From Candidatus Methylomirabilota bacterium (GTDB taxonomy: Bacteria; Methylomirabilota; Methylomirabilia; Rokubacteriales; CSP1-6), in contig DASTFB010000132.1 in assembly GCA_035709005.1 (NCBI GenBank), forward strand, positions 33,737 through 97,736: DNA of 64,000 nucleotides, given 5' to 3'. The position numbers and the translations under genes were made by a program. This document shows, piece after piece, positions 9,608 through 19,275 of the stretch (position 1 is its first letter; the number at the start of each line of letters is the position of its first letter). Under the pieces are notes generated by a model. It had not been told where the DNA came from, did not search any database, and saw nothing but the letters and a program-made list of their open reading frames with translations.

Positions 9608-11836
9608 CTAGGCCTGGGTCTCGACCGCAGCCGACAGGCGCGCCACGGGAAGCTCGACCACGAAGCGGCTCCCCCGCGGGTGGTTGTCCTCCACCCAGAC
9701 GGCCCCGCCGTGCTCGGTGATGATCTCGTGGACGATGGGCAGCCCCAGGCCCATGCCGGTGGTCTTCGTCGAGAAGTACGGCAGGAACAGCTTGTCCTTG
9801 TCCTCGGGCTTGATCCCCGGACCGGAATCGCTCACGATGAGCTGGACGCGGCCTCCGTCGGGCGCCAGCGCGATCTCGATGTCCACGTCCCCTCCGCCGC
9901 CCACCGCCTCCACGGCATTGTCGACCAGATTGAGCAGGGCCCGCTTGATGTAGTCGGGGTCGAACTCCAGGAGGGGCAAGTCGTCGGGGTACCGGGTGCT
10001 GAACCGCAACGTGGGATGGGACTCGCGGTAGAGACTCGCCACGCTGTCCACCAGGGGGCGCAGGTCAGCGGGCCGCGGGGTGAGCACCGGCATCCGGGCG
10101 AATCGCGAGAACTCGTCCACGAGGCGGCGGAGACCGTTGACTTCCTGGATGATGATGCCGGTGCACTCGGCCACCAGCTCGTGGTCGCCGGCGTTACGGG
10201 TCAGACGCCGACGCAGGCGCTGGGCCGACAGTTGGATCGGCGTGAGCGGATTCTTGATCTCGTGGGCGATCCGCTGGGCCACTTCGCGCCAGGCGGCCAG
10301 CCGCTGCGCTTTGAGCAGCTCGGTGAGGTCGTCTACGACGAGCACGGCTCCGGCGTACTCGCCTTCGGGCCCGCGCAGTGCGGTGGCCGAGGCCAGCAGC
10401 GAGACGGTGGCGCCTTTGCGGCGCAGATGGAGCTCCTGATCGACCGCCCCCGCCCGAAGCCGGCGCACCCGCTGGACGAGGCCGATCACGTCGGCCAGGT
10501 CGGGACTGCCGAACACCTGCTCCACCGGCCGGCCCACCGCGGTCGCCCCCTGCAGCCCGAACATGGCCGCGGCCGCCCGGTTCAGGGTGGTGACGCAGCC
10601 CTGAGGATCCAGGGAGACGACGCCGGTGGTGACCGCCTCCATCACCGTCTCGATGTACCGTCGACGTTCCTCGAGCTCCGTGTGCTTGTCTTGCAGGTCC
10701 AGATACGCTTCTTCCAGCTGCCGCTTGGAGCGACCGAGATCTTCGGTCATGCGGTTGAACGAGTCCACGAGGACGCCCAGCTCGTCGTCGGCGCGCACCT
10801 GCACCTTGTAGCTCAGGTTGCCGGCCGCCACCTCCCGGGTGCCTTCGGCCAGCTCGGCGATGGGCCCGGTGATGCCGCGGGCCAGATAGAGCCCGAACCA
10901 GGTGAAGGAGAACACGATGATCAGGGTCAGCAGCATGAACAGCAGGATGTAGATGCCCTTGATGGGGTTCTTCACCAGCTTGAGCTGCTTGTACTCCAGA
11001 AAGGCCTGGGCGATCCCCCGGATCCGGTGTTCCAGTCGCTCGGCCACGTGGGTCCCCACCACGACCGTGCCGAGGATGCGGCGATCGGAGTCGCGGGCCA
11101 CCACCGGGGCGAAGGCCTCGATGAGATCGCCCGAGTAGACCTCGCGGACCGTGGTGACGTGTTGGCCGGCCAGCCCCAGGCGCAGTTGCCCTTCGTTGAT
11201 GTCACGGGTCGGCAGCTCGCCCAGGGCCGGGTCGTTGACGTGGGCCAGTTCCTGCCCTTTCGCGCTGAAGACGGTGATGGCGCTGAGCCCCAGCTGTTCC
11301 TGCTGCTCGACCAGGTAGGCGGCCAGCGCCTCGCGCCGGGCGTCCTCGAGCAGCGCGTCGCGCTCGACGACGCGGGCGATGTGCTGCCCGTGGCGCAGCG
11401 CGGCCGCCTGGAGGTTCTGGTAGTACGTCTGGGCCACCGACAGCGCCTGTTCCAACGGCTGCTCGACCTGCGGCTTGAACCAGCCTTCGATGGATTTGTT
11501 GATGAAGTTTGAGGCGATCGTGAAGATCAGGATGGCGGGCGCCAGGGCCAGCGACAGGAAGGCCAGGACGAGCTTCGTCTTGAAGCGTGACCCCAGGAGC
11601 TTTCGGCGACGCTCGAACCAGAGCTTGACGAGGTTCCGGAGCAGGAGCACCAGCAGGAGCAGGAAGACGATGAGGTTGAGGTTGAACAGCGCGAACACGA
11701 CAATGTTCGAGGCAAGCGGGACTTCGGGCACCCGCATCTCGAAGTTCAGGGCCGTGGCCACCACCAAGAAGGCCAGGGCCGCGGTGACGATCACGGCGTT
11801 GCGGCGGCGCCGGCTGGGTTCGGTCAGCAGGGGCAT
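9608..11836 (-). CDS. ntrY: Sensor histidine kinase NtrY-like (transmembrane, HAMP, PAS, HisKA, HATPase)
   Basis: 742 aa with N-terminal transmembrane helices, a H-box (IAHEIKNPLTPIQL) and a G-box (DSGPGI). It lies immediately upstream of ntrX. Confidence 0.85.
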   Translation of the reverse strand: MPLLTEPSRRRRNAVIVTAALAFLVVATALNFEMRVPEVPLASNIVVFALFNLNLIVFLLLLVLLLRNLVKLWFERRRKLLGSRFKTKLVLAFLSLALAPAILIFTIASNFINKSIEGWFKPQVEQPLEQALSVAQTYYQNLQAAALRHGQHIARVVERDALLEDARREALAAYLVEQQEQLGLSAITVFSAKGQELAHVNDPALGELPTRDINEGQLRLGLAGQHVTTVREVYSGDLIEAFAPVVARDSDRRILGTVVVGTHVAERLEHRIRGIAQAFLEYKQLKLVKNPIKGIYILLFMLLTLIIVFSFTWFGLYLARGITGPIAELAEGTREVAAGNLSYKVQVRADDELGVLVDSFNRMTEDLGRSKRQLEEAYLDLQDKHTELEERRRYIETVMEAVTTGVVSLDPQGCVTTLNRAAAAMFGLQGATAVGRPVEQVFGSPDLADVIGLVQRVRRLRAGAVDQELHLRRKGATVSLLASATALRGPEGEYAGAVLVVDDLTELLKAQRLAAWREVAQRIAHEIKNPLTPIQLSAQRLRRRLTRNAGDHELVAECTGIIIQEVNGLRRLVDEFSRFARMPVLTPRPADLRPLVDSVASLYRESHPTLRFSTRYPDDLPLLEFDPDYIKRALLNLVDNAVEAVGGGGDVDIEIALAPDGGRVQLIVSDSGPGIKPEDKDKLFLPYFSTKTTGMGLGLPIVHEIITEHGGAVWVEDNHPRGSRFVVELPVARLSAAVETQA

Positions 11837-12402
11837 CAGCGCACGCGCCGGACCGTCCGATAATCGGATTGCAGCACCGTCTCTTCGGCGGTGCCCGCCA
11901 TTCGCGCCACGAACGTGTTCTCGCCGTTGAGGGCGGCCTCGGCCCGGACCCGGACGTAGATGACCGCGTTGAGGTCGACGTCGGCGGCCGGGCTGAGCTT
12001 GGCGGCCCGCAGCTCCGAGATGACCCGCTGGGCGTCGCGCAGGTCACGTGTGGCATAGATCGGTCGCGTCTCGCCTTTGAGCGAGGCCACGCGGAACTCC
12101 TTGCTCACGACATTGTAGGTCAGGTTGCGCTCGATGACCCTGGTGGTGAGCAGGCGGTCGCGCCACCCGCGATTGAGCTGCCAGAGCTCGATGGTAAAGC
12201 GGAGGTGGCTAGGGATGCCGCTGTAGATCGGCTCGTCGAACGTCGGGGGCACGGCTCCCACTGCGACGACGTGGACGGTGAAATCGTGGTCGTTGAGATA
12301 GACCGCGAGGTCGGTCAGGCGGAGCTCGCCCCGGGCGGACACCGGGACGGCGAGCCACGCGCCGACGATGAACATCAGGAGTCCCGCACGCAGACCTGCC
12401 AT
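11836..12402 (-). CDS. DUF4390 domain protein (conserved partner of ntrYX)
   Basis: 188 aa with a signal peptide. Its stop overlaps the ntrY start. This architecture commonly precedes ntrY. Confidence 0.65.
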   Translation of the reverse strand: MAGLRAGLLMFIVGAWLAVPVSARGELRLTDLAVYLNDHDFTVHVVAVGAVPPTFDEPIYSGIPSHLRFTIELWQLNRGWRDRLLTTRVIERNLTYNVVSKEFRVASLKGETRPIYATRDLRDAQRVISELRAAKLSPAADVDLNAVIYVRVRAEAALNGENTFVARMAGTAEETVLQSDYRTVRRVR

Positions 12403-12416
12403 AAGGCCGACAGGAC

Positions 12417-12448
12417 ATTATAGCGTCGGGTCCCGAGCGCGACTCGGG
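12417..12448 (-). promoter_or_regulatory. Perfect TATAAT -10 box 14 nt upstream of the DUF4390-ntrY-ntrX start, preceded by the 17-nt palindrome CCCGAG-CGCGA-CTCGGG
   Basis: Seen in the sequence. The palindrome (12432..12448) directly abuts the lpxC stop. Confidence 0.35.
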
Positions 12449-13348
12449 TTAGATGGCGGCGGGGGCGGGCGCCAGGCCGCCGTGCTGAGCCGCCTCCCGG
12501 ACCGGCAGCGCAACGCCGGCCGGTCGGCGATCGAGGCCGAGGGCTCGTTGAATCGCGACGACGAGGTCGAAGTTCAGGGCGTGGCCGGCGTTGCGGGCGA
12601 TCACATAGCCCACGACGGGCCGCCCGAGCAGGGCCAGGTCGCCGATGAGGTCCAGAATCTTGTGCCGGACGAACTCGTCCCGATAACGCAGGCCGTTCAG
12701 GGCGCCACGCTTGCCCACGCCGATGGCGTTCTCCAGCGAGGCGCCCCGCGCCAGGCCGTTACGGCGCATCTCTCCCAGATCCTTGAGGAACCCGTAGGTC
12801 CGCGCCGGGGCGAACTCCTCGACGAACATCCGCTCGGTCGGGGCGCAGGTGATGGCCTGGACACCGATGGCCGGATGGTCGTTGTCCAGCGTGTAGCTGA
12901 TACGGAAGACGTCGGATGGAAGGATCTGGATCCACCGCCCGCCGCCGCCGACCCGGATCGGGTATGGAACGACGATGGGCCGCTTCGGTGCTGACTGCTC
13001 CACCCGGCCGGCGGACGCGAGGAGCGCCACGAAGGGCTTGGCGCTGCCGTCCCCGGCCGGGATCTCCGGCCCGTCCACCTCGATGAGCAGGTTGTCGAGC
13101 CCGAGGCCGGCGGCCGCCGCCATCAGGTGCTCGACGGTCTGGATCTTCGTGCCGTTGCGGCCGATCGTGGTCGCGTAATGGGAGTTCATCACGCTTTCGG
13201 GCGCTGCCGCGATGGCGTCGTCGTCGCCCTGGCGGAAGACGATGCCGGAGTTCGCCGGCACTGGAGACACCCTGATACGGGCCGGCTTGCCGGAGTGCAG
13301 GCCGACGCCCTCGAGCTCGACTGGTCGGCGGATCGTACGCTGGTGCAT
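12449..13348 (-). CDS. lpxC: UDP-3-O-acyl-N-acetylglucosamine deacetylase
   Basis: Matches the LpxC family (MHQRTIRRP..HSGKPARIRVSP..TTIGRNG..IQTVEHLMAA). I chose the ATG at 13348; the ORF track starts at a TTG at 13369. Confidence 0.85.
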   Translation of the reverse strand: MHQRTIRRPVELEGVGLHSGKPARIRVSPVPANSGIVFRQGDDDAIAAAPESVMNSHYATTIGRNGTKIQTVEHLMAAAAGLGLDNLLIEVDGPEIPAGDGSAKPFVALLASAGRVEQSAPKRPIVVPYPIRVGGGGRWIQILPSDVFRISYTLDNDHPAIGVQAITCAPTERMFVEEFAPARTYGFLKDLGEMRRNGLARGASLENAIGVGKRGALNGLRYRDEFVRHKILDLIGDLALLGRPVVGYVIARNAGHALNFDLVVAIQRALGLDRRPAGVALPVREAAQHGGLAPAPAAI

Positions 13349-13365
13349 AGCCGGGTGGAAGGTGA

Positions 13366-13380
13366 GCAACCTGGGTGCCA
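13366..13380 (-). promoter_or_regulatory. Consensus sigma-54 promoter (TGGCAC-N5-TTGC) immediately upstream of the lpxC ATG
   Basis: The minus strand reads cTGGCACccaggTTGCt. It overlaps the alternative TTG start given in the ORF track. Confidence 0.35.
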
Positions 13381-13494
13381 GACGGCACGGGAGATCTAAC
13401 GCTATGTTTTTCCAGACTAAATATAGTGACTACGGAGTCCGGGATCGCTGTCGCGTCGCAGCCGTGCAACATGCCGGAGGGGGGGCTGTCTCAT

Positions 13495-14259
13495 TTAGGA
13501 AACATGCTCGCCACCGAGATCTCCGAACCTGAACTGCAGTACCGCGATAACGGAGAGGCCGGCAGTTTCCGTGCGCAGGGTCCGTGGCCCGAGAGAGGCG
13601 AGCGACCACCCGCGCACGCTGGCGCGCCCCACCTCCTCGAGGCTCAGGCCACCCTCTGGTCCGACGAGCACGACCGCGGTGGCCGGCACGCGGCCGAGGT
13701 CCTCGCAGAGGCTGGCCAGCGACGGCGCTTGACCTTCCCACAGGCACAGGCGCAGGTCCGCCGAAGTGACGTCGGAATCCAACCACTCGTCCAGCGAGCG
13801 AGGCACCTCGACCTGGGGGATGAAGGCCCGGCCGCTCTGCTTGCTCGCCTCCTTGGCCACGCGTTGCCATCGACGCGCTCGATCGCGCCAGCGGCCGGGG
13901 TCGGCCCGAACGACGGTGCGCTCGGTGAGGGCGGGCATCACGCGCCGGACCCCCAGCTCCGTCGCGGCCCGGACGATGGCTTCCATCTTGTCGCCCTTGG
14001 GCACGCCCTGCACCAGGCTGATGGCGAGCGGGGACTCCGAGGCGCTCGGCGCCACGCGGAGAATCATGCCGGTCGCGGCCTCGCCCAACTGCTCGAGCCG
14101 GACGGTGTAGTCGTGGCCGCGCCCATCGACCGCGACGACCAGGTCTCCGGGGGTCAGGCGCAGCACGGCGCTCATGTGACGGCTTTCCGCTTGGTCGAAG
14201 GCGACGCGGTCGCCGCTGATCTGCTCCGGCGTCACCGTGAAGCGTCGCGGGCCGCTCAC
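13495..14259 (-). CDS. rsmE: 16S rRNA (uracil1498-N3)-methyltransferase
   Basis: 254 aa, RsmE/DUF558 family (RFTVTPEQ...LVGPEGGLS). Confidence 0.8.
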   Translation of the reverse strand: MSGPRRFTVTPEQISGDRVAFDQAESRHMSAVLRLTPGDLVVAVDGRGHDYTVRLEQLGEAATGMILRVAPSASESPLAISLVQGVPKGDKMEAIVRAATELGVRRVMPALTERTVVRADPGRWRDRARRWQRVAKEASKQSGRAFIPQVEVPRSLDEWLDSDVTSADLRLCLWEGQAPSLASLCEDLGRVPATAVVLVGPEGGLSLEEVGRASVRGWSLASLGPRTLRTETAGLSVIAVLQFRFGDLGGEHVS

Positions 14260-15131
14260 GCTACCCGTCTCAGCACGAGGGTGCTCCAGCCGTCCACGGA
14301 GCGAACGGTGACCGGAACGAAGCCGTGCGCCGTGATCGTGGCGCTGACGGCCGGCGCTTCCGGATCCAGGATGCCGCCGAGCACCAGGGCGCCAGCGGGC
14401 GCGACATACCGAGCGTAGTGGGGGCCCAGACGCAGGTGAGCGGGCGCCAGCAGATTGGCGAGCACGAGGCCGGCGGCCGCCGAGGTGAGACTTCCCGCGT
14501 CGCTCTGCAAGGGCCGCACGCGCTCCGTCACGCCGTTGCGGCGGGCGTTGGCCGCGGCGCAGGCGAGCGCGTCGGGATCATCATCCACGGCCAGCACGGT
14601 CAAGACGCCGAGCCGGACCGCGGCGATGGCCAGGATCCCCGAGCCCGTCCCCAGGTCGATCGCTGTCCGCGGCGATGCCCGCTCCATGATGTCCTCCAGA
14701 CTTTCCAGGCAGCCCTGTGTGCTGGCGTGGTGACCAGTGCCGAAAGCCCGGCCGGGGTCGATCACGATCGGGATGCGCTCGCCAGCCGCGCACGCGTCCC
14801 AGGGCGGCGCGATGAGCAGCCGGCGGCCCACCGACAGCGGGCGGAAGTGAGCGCGCCAGGCCTGGGACCAATCGACGTCGGCCACGCGGCTCAGGGTCGA
14901 GTCCTGCGGCGCGGGAAGTCCGAGGGCTCGTAACCCGGCCAGGTAGTTCGCCAGGCGGGTCCCGATGCCGGCTCCCGCGCCGGGAGGGAAGAAGGCCCGC
15001 AGCCGCAGCTCGCGTCCCGGCGCCTCCTCGCCCACGACGCCCAGGGCGCCGAGCTCCCAGAGAAAGTTGGTCAGCGCCTCCTCGACCGCCTCGGGTGCGC
15101 TGATGGCCAGCTCCCAGTACGCGCTGCTCAT
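14256..15131 (-). CDS. prmA: Ribosomal protein L11 methyltransferase
   Basis: 291 aa, PrmA family with a SAM-binding motif (DLGTGSGILAIAA). Confidence 0.85.
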   Translation of the reverse strand: MSSAYWELAISAPEAVEEALTNFLWELGALGVVGEEAPGRELRLRAFFPPGAGAGIGTRLANYLAGLRALGLPAPQDSTLSRVADVDWSQAWRAHFRPLSVGRRLLIAPPWDACAAGERIPIVIDPGRAFGTGHHASTQGCLESLEDIMERASPRTAIDLGTGSGILAIAAVRLGVLTVLAVDDDPDALACAAANARRNGVTERVRPLQSDAGSLTSAAAGLVLANLLAPAHLRLGPHYARYVAPAGALVLGGILDPEAPAVSATITAHGFVPVTVRSVDGWSTLVLRRVA

Positions 15132-15154
15132 TCGGGGGCAGGCCGACGCCCGCG

Positions 15155-16243
15155 TCAGCCGATCAGCTTCTTCATGCGCTCGAGGAACGCGCCCAGCAGC
15201 GGGCCGCTGTGGCCCCTGGCGGCGGCCTCGAAGGCCTGCAGCGCCTCGCGCTGCGCCGCGTTCAGCTTCTGGGGGACTTCGAGCAGGAGGCGGTAGCAGG
15301 CATCACCGTGACCGCGCTCGCGCAGGCGCGGCATGCCGCGGCCTCGCAGCCTCAAGATCTGATTCGGCTGAGTGCCCGCCGGAATCTTCAGCGACGCGGT
15401 GCCCGAGATCACCGGCACCGTGACTTCCGCGCCGAACACGAGCTGGGGATAGGTCACCGGCAGCGTGCAGTAGAGATCCGCGCCGTCGCGGGTGAAGAGC
15501 TCGTGCTCCCGGACTCGCACCACCACGTACAGGTCGCCCGCGGGCCCGCCGCCCAGTCCGCTCGCCCCCTCTCCGGGCATTCTCAGCTGCATGCCATCGT
15601 CGATCCCGGGCGGGATCTTGACCGAGAGCAGCCGCTCGGCCCGCTGGCGGCCCTCGCCGCGACAGGCCCGGCACGGATCGCGGTTGAGCTCGCCTTCCCC
15701 GTGACACTTGGGGCAGGTGCGCGCCACCGTGAGGAAACCCTGGCTGATTCGTATCTCGCCGCGCCCGTGGCACGTGTCACAGGTCGTGCGGCGGCCCCCC
15801 GGCTCGACACCGCTGCCGTGGCAGGCCTCGCAGCGGTCCAGGCGGGGCACCTGGATCTTCGTCTCGGTGCCGCTGGCCGCCTCCTCCAGCGCAATGGCCA
15901 GCTCGTACTGCAGGTCTTCGCCGCGGGCGGCCCGCCCGCGGCGGCCCCGGCCGGAACCGGCGAAGAAGCTCTCGAAGATGTCATCGAACAGCGTGCCGAA
16001 ACCCTGGTCGAACCCGGTCGTGACGCCGACGGTCCCGAAGCGATCGTACTGGGCCCGCTTGTCGGGATCGGACAGGATGGCGTAGGCTTCGTTGACCTCC
16101 TTGAAGCGCTCCTCGGACTGCTTGTCGCCCGGATTCCGGTCGGGGTGGTACTGCAGGGCGAGCTGCCGATAGGCTTTCTTGAGGTCGACGTCGCTTGCGC
16201 TGCGGGGGACCCCCAGCACCTCGTACAAATCGCGGGGCGGCAT
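15155..16243 (-). CDS. dnaJ: Molecular chaperone DnaJ
   Basis: J domain ([15 protein letters not shown]), a Gly/Phe region, and four CxxCxGxG zinc-finger repeats. Confidence 0.9.
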   Translation of the reverse strand: MPPRDLYEVLGVPRSASDVDLKKAYRQLALQYHPDRNPGDKQSEERFKEVNEAYAILSDPDKRAQYDRFGTVGVTTGFDQGFGTLFDDIFESFFAGSGRGRRGRAARGEDLQYELAIALEEAASGTETKIQVPRLDRCEACHGSGVEPGGRRTTCDTCHGRGEIRISQGFLTVARTCPKCHGEGELNRDPCRACRGEGRQRAERLLSVKIPPGIDDGMQLRMPGEGASGLGGGPAGDLYVVVRVREHELFTRDGADLYCTLPVTYPQLVFGAEVTVPVISGTASLKIPAGTQPNQILRLRGRGMPRLRERGHGDACYRLLLEVPQKLNAAQREALQAFEAAARGHSGPLLGAFLERMKKLIG

Positions 16244-16269
16244 CTACCCGAGGCGGAGAGGCAGCCGGA

Positions 16270-16788
16270 TCATGCGGCGTCCTCGTCGGGGGCCGCCGCG
16301 ACCGCGACCTGGGCAGGACGGAGCACCCGGCCGTGGAGGAGATACCCGGGAGCGATCTCCGATACGACCGTTCCCGGTTCCTCGGTGGCGCTGATCACCC
16401 GCGCGGTCGCCTCGTGGCGTGTGGGATCGAAGGCCTGCCCGAGGGCGGAGTACCGGGCCATCCCGTGGCGCTCGAGCACGCGCAGCAGCTCGCGCTGGAT
16501 GAGCTCCACCCCTTCCAGGACCCCCTTGGCGTCTGCCGTGGCCCGCGCCGCGGCGAGCGCCCGGTCCAGGTTGTCGAGCGCCGGCACGAGATCGCGGAGA
16601 AGCGTCTCGTTGGCGTAGCGGGTGTAGTCCTCCCGGTCGCGCTGTGCGCGACGGCGCATGTTCTCCGTTTCGGCGAGCGCGCGGAGCAGGCGGTCGCGCT
16701 GTTCTTCGAGCTGGCGTTTGAGCTCGGCCACCTCGCTCTCGGCCGCCGGCTGATCGTTCCCGGTGTCGGTCCGTTCGTCGTCTCTCAT
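16270..16788 (-). CDS. grpE: Nucleotide exchange factor GrpE
   Basis: 172 aa, GrpE family (ENMRRRAQRDRED...). Confidence 0.9.
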   Translation of the reverse strand: MRDDERTDTGNDQPAAESEVAELKRQLEEQRDRLLRALAETENMRRRAQRDREDYTRYANETLLRDLVPALDNLDRALAAARATADAKGVLEGVELIQRELLRVLERHGMARYSALGQAFDPTRHEATARVISATEEPGTVVSEIAPGYLLHGRVLRPAQVAVAAAPDEDAA

Positions 16789-16843
16789 CTCAACGAATTA
16801 TAGCAGCCGCTCGGTGCTCGCCTGGCTCGCCGGGTCGACGCGG

Positions 16844-17863
16844 TCAGGACGGCAGGTAGAGATCCTGCCGGGCCCGCGACAGTGCCTCGGTGACGTGGCG
16901 CGCCGTCTCGTTCACCACCGAGATGACCTCGGGGTAGGGCAGGCGGCGAGGGCCGACCACACCCAGGATTCCGAGAACCTGGTTGCGGTACAGGTAGGTC
17001 GATGTGATCAGCGTGCACTCCCGCATCTCCGCGTAGGGATTCTCCTCGCCGATGGTGACATGCACCCCCTGGTCCTCGGCGAGGCCGGCCATGAGGCTGG
17101 CCAGCCGCTCCTTCTGCTCGAACGTCCGCAGGAGCTCGCGCGTCGTCTCCAGGTCCCAGAATTCCGGATGGTCCAGCATGTTGATCGCGCCGCTGATATA
17201 GAGCGTACGGCCGCGGAGCATCTCCACGACCTGCTCGGTGATGGCCCGGGCCCGCGTATGCAGCTCGTCCAGCGGGTCGGCCGGGGCCGTCTCCATCGCC
17301 ACGATGCTCGCCACCGTGCGGTCCCGGAAGCGCCGCATCAGCTCCCGCCCGATCTTCCGAACCTCCTCGGCGGGAAGCGGTGGGTCCAGGCTGATCGCCC
17401 GCGCCGTAACCCATCCGGTCTCCGTCACCAGGACGGCCAGCGCCCGGTCGGGCTCGAGCGGGATGAGCTCGACCCGGTTGATCGTCGTATGCCGTAGCGG
17501 CGGGGCCAGCAGGAGGCCGGTCATCTTGGTCACGGCCGACAAGTGCTCGGACGTGCGCTCCATGAAGTCGTCGATCCCGGTGCCCCGGGGGGGCAGCGCC
17601 TCGGTCGCCGGGGAGCCGGACGTGGGCCGCGGGAACGAGTCGACGTACAGGCGGTAGGCCTTGTCGGTCGGCACGCGGCCGGCGCTGGCGTGGGGCTGGG
17701 TCAAATACCCCATCTCCTCGAGATCCGCCATCACGTTCCGGATGGTGGCCGGGGAGAGGTTGCGAAAGTACCGTTTGGCGAGCAGGCGCGAGCCCACAGC
17801 CTCCGCCGAGTCGACGTATTCCCGGATCAACGCGATGAGGACATCGCGGTGACGTTTATCCAT
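16844..17863 (-). CDS. hrcA: Heat-inducible transcription repressor HrcA
   Basis: Starts at the internal Met MDKRHRDVLIALIREYV..; HrcA family. Confidence 0.85.
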   Translation of the reverse strand: MDKRHRDVLIALIREYVDSAEAVGSRLLAKRYFRNLSPATIRNVMADLEEMGYLTQPHASAGRVPTDKAYRLYVDSFPRPTSGSPATEALPPRGTGIDDFMERTSEHLSAVTKMTGLLLAPPLRHTTINRVELIPLEPDRALAVLVTETGWVTARAISLDPPLPAEEVRKIGRELMRRFRDRTVASIVAMETAPADPLDELHTRARAITEQVVEMLRGRTLYISGAINMLDHPEFWDLETTRELLRTFEQKERLASLMAGLAEDQGVHVTIGEENPYAEMRECTLITSTYLYRNQVLGILGVVGPRRLPYPEVISVVNETARHVTEALSRARQDLYLPS

Positions 17864-17919
17864 CCGTGTTCTTGTAACAATCGGGTCTGAGCAAGTCAAG
17901 GCGGGCACGGCCGAACGGC

Positions 17920-19221
17920 CTAGAGAAGCTCGACGAACAGGGCGTCGGACAGGAGGAATCCGGACTCCGTGAGGGTGACCCGCTCGGCGTCGGCCCGGAC
18001 CAGTTTCGCCTGCTCCCAGTCGGCGACCAGGCCCCCAAGCCGCGGATCATCGAGCAACCGCTGCTCCAGCCAGGCCCGTGGCACCCCGTCGGCCGTGCGG
18101 AGCCCCAGGATGAGCCGCTCGGCGAGCCGCTGGCGCGGCGTCAGGCGCTCCCACGTCTCGACAGGCAGGGCTCCCGTATCGAGCGCGGCGACGTAGCGCG
18201 GCACCGGCTTGTGGTTGCTGTACCGGACGTCGCCGAGGAATCCGCAGGCGCCGGGGCCACAGGCCAGGTATTCGGCGGCCTGCCAGTAGATCAGATTGTG
18301 CCGCGAGCGGAAGCCGGGGCGCGCGTAGTTCGAGATCTCGTAATGCTCGAGCCCGCGGACGCGTGCGGCGTGGGCCAGCGCCCAGTATTGCTCGATGACG
18401 ACGTCCTCCGTCGGCAGCTCGGGCGCTCCCGCCGATCCCCACAGGCTCCCCGCGTCCAGAGTGAGCCCGTAGGCGGAGAGGTGATCGGGCCGCCAGTCGA
18501 GCACCTGCCCGACCGTCCCGGCCCAGGCGGCGGTGTCCACGCCCGGGAGACCGTACATGAGATCTACGCTCACGTTGTCAGCCCCGCTGGCGCGGGCCGC
18601 CTCGAACGCGGCCCGTGCGTCGGCGGCTCCATGACGACGGCCGAGCCGGGTCAGCACGCCGTCGTCCAGGGCCTGGACTCCCAGGCTGAAGCGGTTGACG
18701 CCGGCGGCGCGATAGCCGGCGAAGGTCTGGACCGACACGCTTTCCGGATTGCATTCGAGCGTCACCTCGACATCCCCGGCGACCCGGAATTCCCCGCGGA
18801 GCACTGCCAGCAGAGCGGCCACGTCGTCGGGATGCAGCAGGCTGGGCGTGCCTCCGCCGATGAAGATGCTCACCAGCGTGACCGCGCCCGCCCAGGGCAG
18901 AGCCCCCAGCAGCCTGATCTCCCGATCGGCGGCCACGAGGTAGCGGCCCAGCGCGGCTTGGTCGAACGGGGCCGTGTTGAACGAGCAGAAGTGACATCGC
19001 GCCTCACAGAACGGCATGTGGATGTAGAACCCCAGCTCGTTGCCGCTCGGCCGCGTCTCTCCCAGAATGCCCAGCGGCGAAGCGGCCAGTGCGTCTGTGA
19101 GGCGTCCGCGGGCAGGGGGTGCGGGGACCCCTGTGAGACCCGTTTCCCTGGCGGCCGTCCGGGCGCGGAGGCGGATCAAACCGTGGTCACGACTCACTTC
19201 AGGCGATGACTCAAGCGCCAC
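17920..19221 (-). CDS. hemW: Radical-SAM heme chaperone HemW (HemN-like, oxygen-independent coproporphyrinogen-III oxidase family)
   Basis: Contains the CxxxCxxC radical-SAM motif (MPFCEARCHFCSF). Its position between lepB and hrcA is as in the Firmicute lepA-hemN-hrcA cluster. The N-terminal extent is uncertain. Confidence 0.8.
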   Translation of the reverse strand: MALESSPEVSRDHGLIRLRARTAARETGLTGVPAPPARGRLTDALAASPLGILGETRPSGNELGFYIHMPFCEARCHFCSFNTAPFDQAALGRYLVAADREIRLLGALPWAGAVTLVSIFIGGGTPSLLHPDDVAALLAVLRGEFRVAGDVEVTLECNPESVSVQTFAGYRAAGVNRFSLGVQALDDGVLTRLGRRHGAADARAAFEAARASGADNVSVDLMYGLPGVDTAAWAGTVGQVLDWRPDHLSAYGLTLDAGSLWGSAGAPELPTEDVVIEQYWALAHAARVRGLEHYEISNYARPGFRSRHNLIYWQAAEYLACGPGACGFLGDVRYSNHKPVPRYVAALDTGALPVETWERLTPRQRLAERLILGLRTADGVPRAWLEQRLLDDPRLGGLVADWEQAKLVRADAERVTLTESGFLLSDALFVELL

Positions 19222-19275
19222 GGTAGTTGCGGCGGGGCACGGGCGTGGCGACAGCCCGGGTGCCCGTGCCCGGTT

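Noticed and set aside
16789-17919. Possible CIRCE operators near hrcA and grpE
   Set aside because: Only partial AGCA...TGCT fragments are present, with the wrong spacing. There is no match to TTAGCACTC-N9-GAGTGCTAA.
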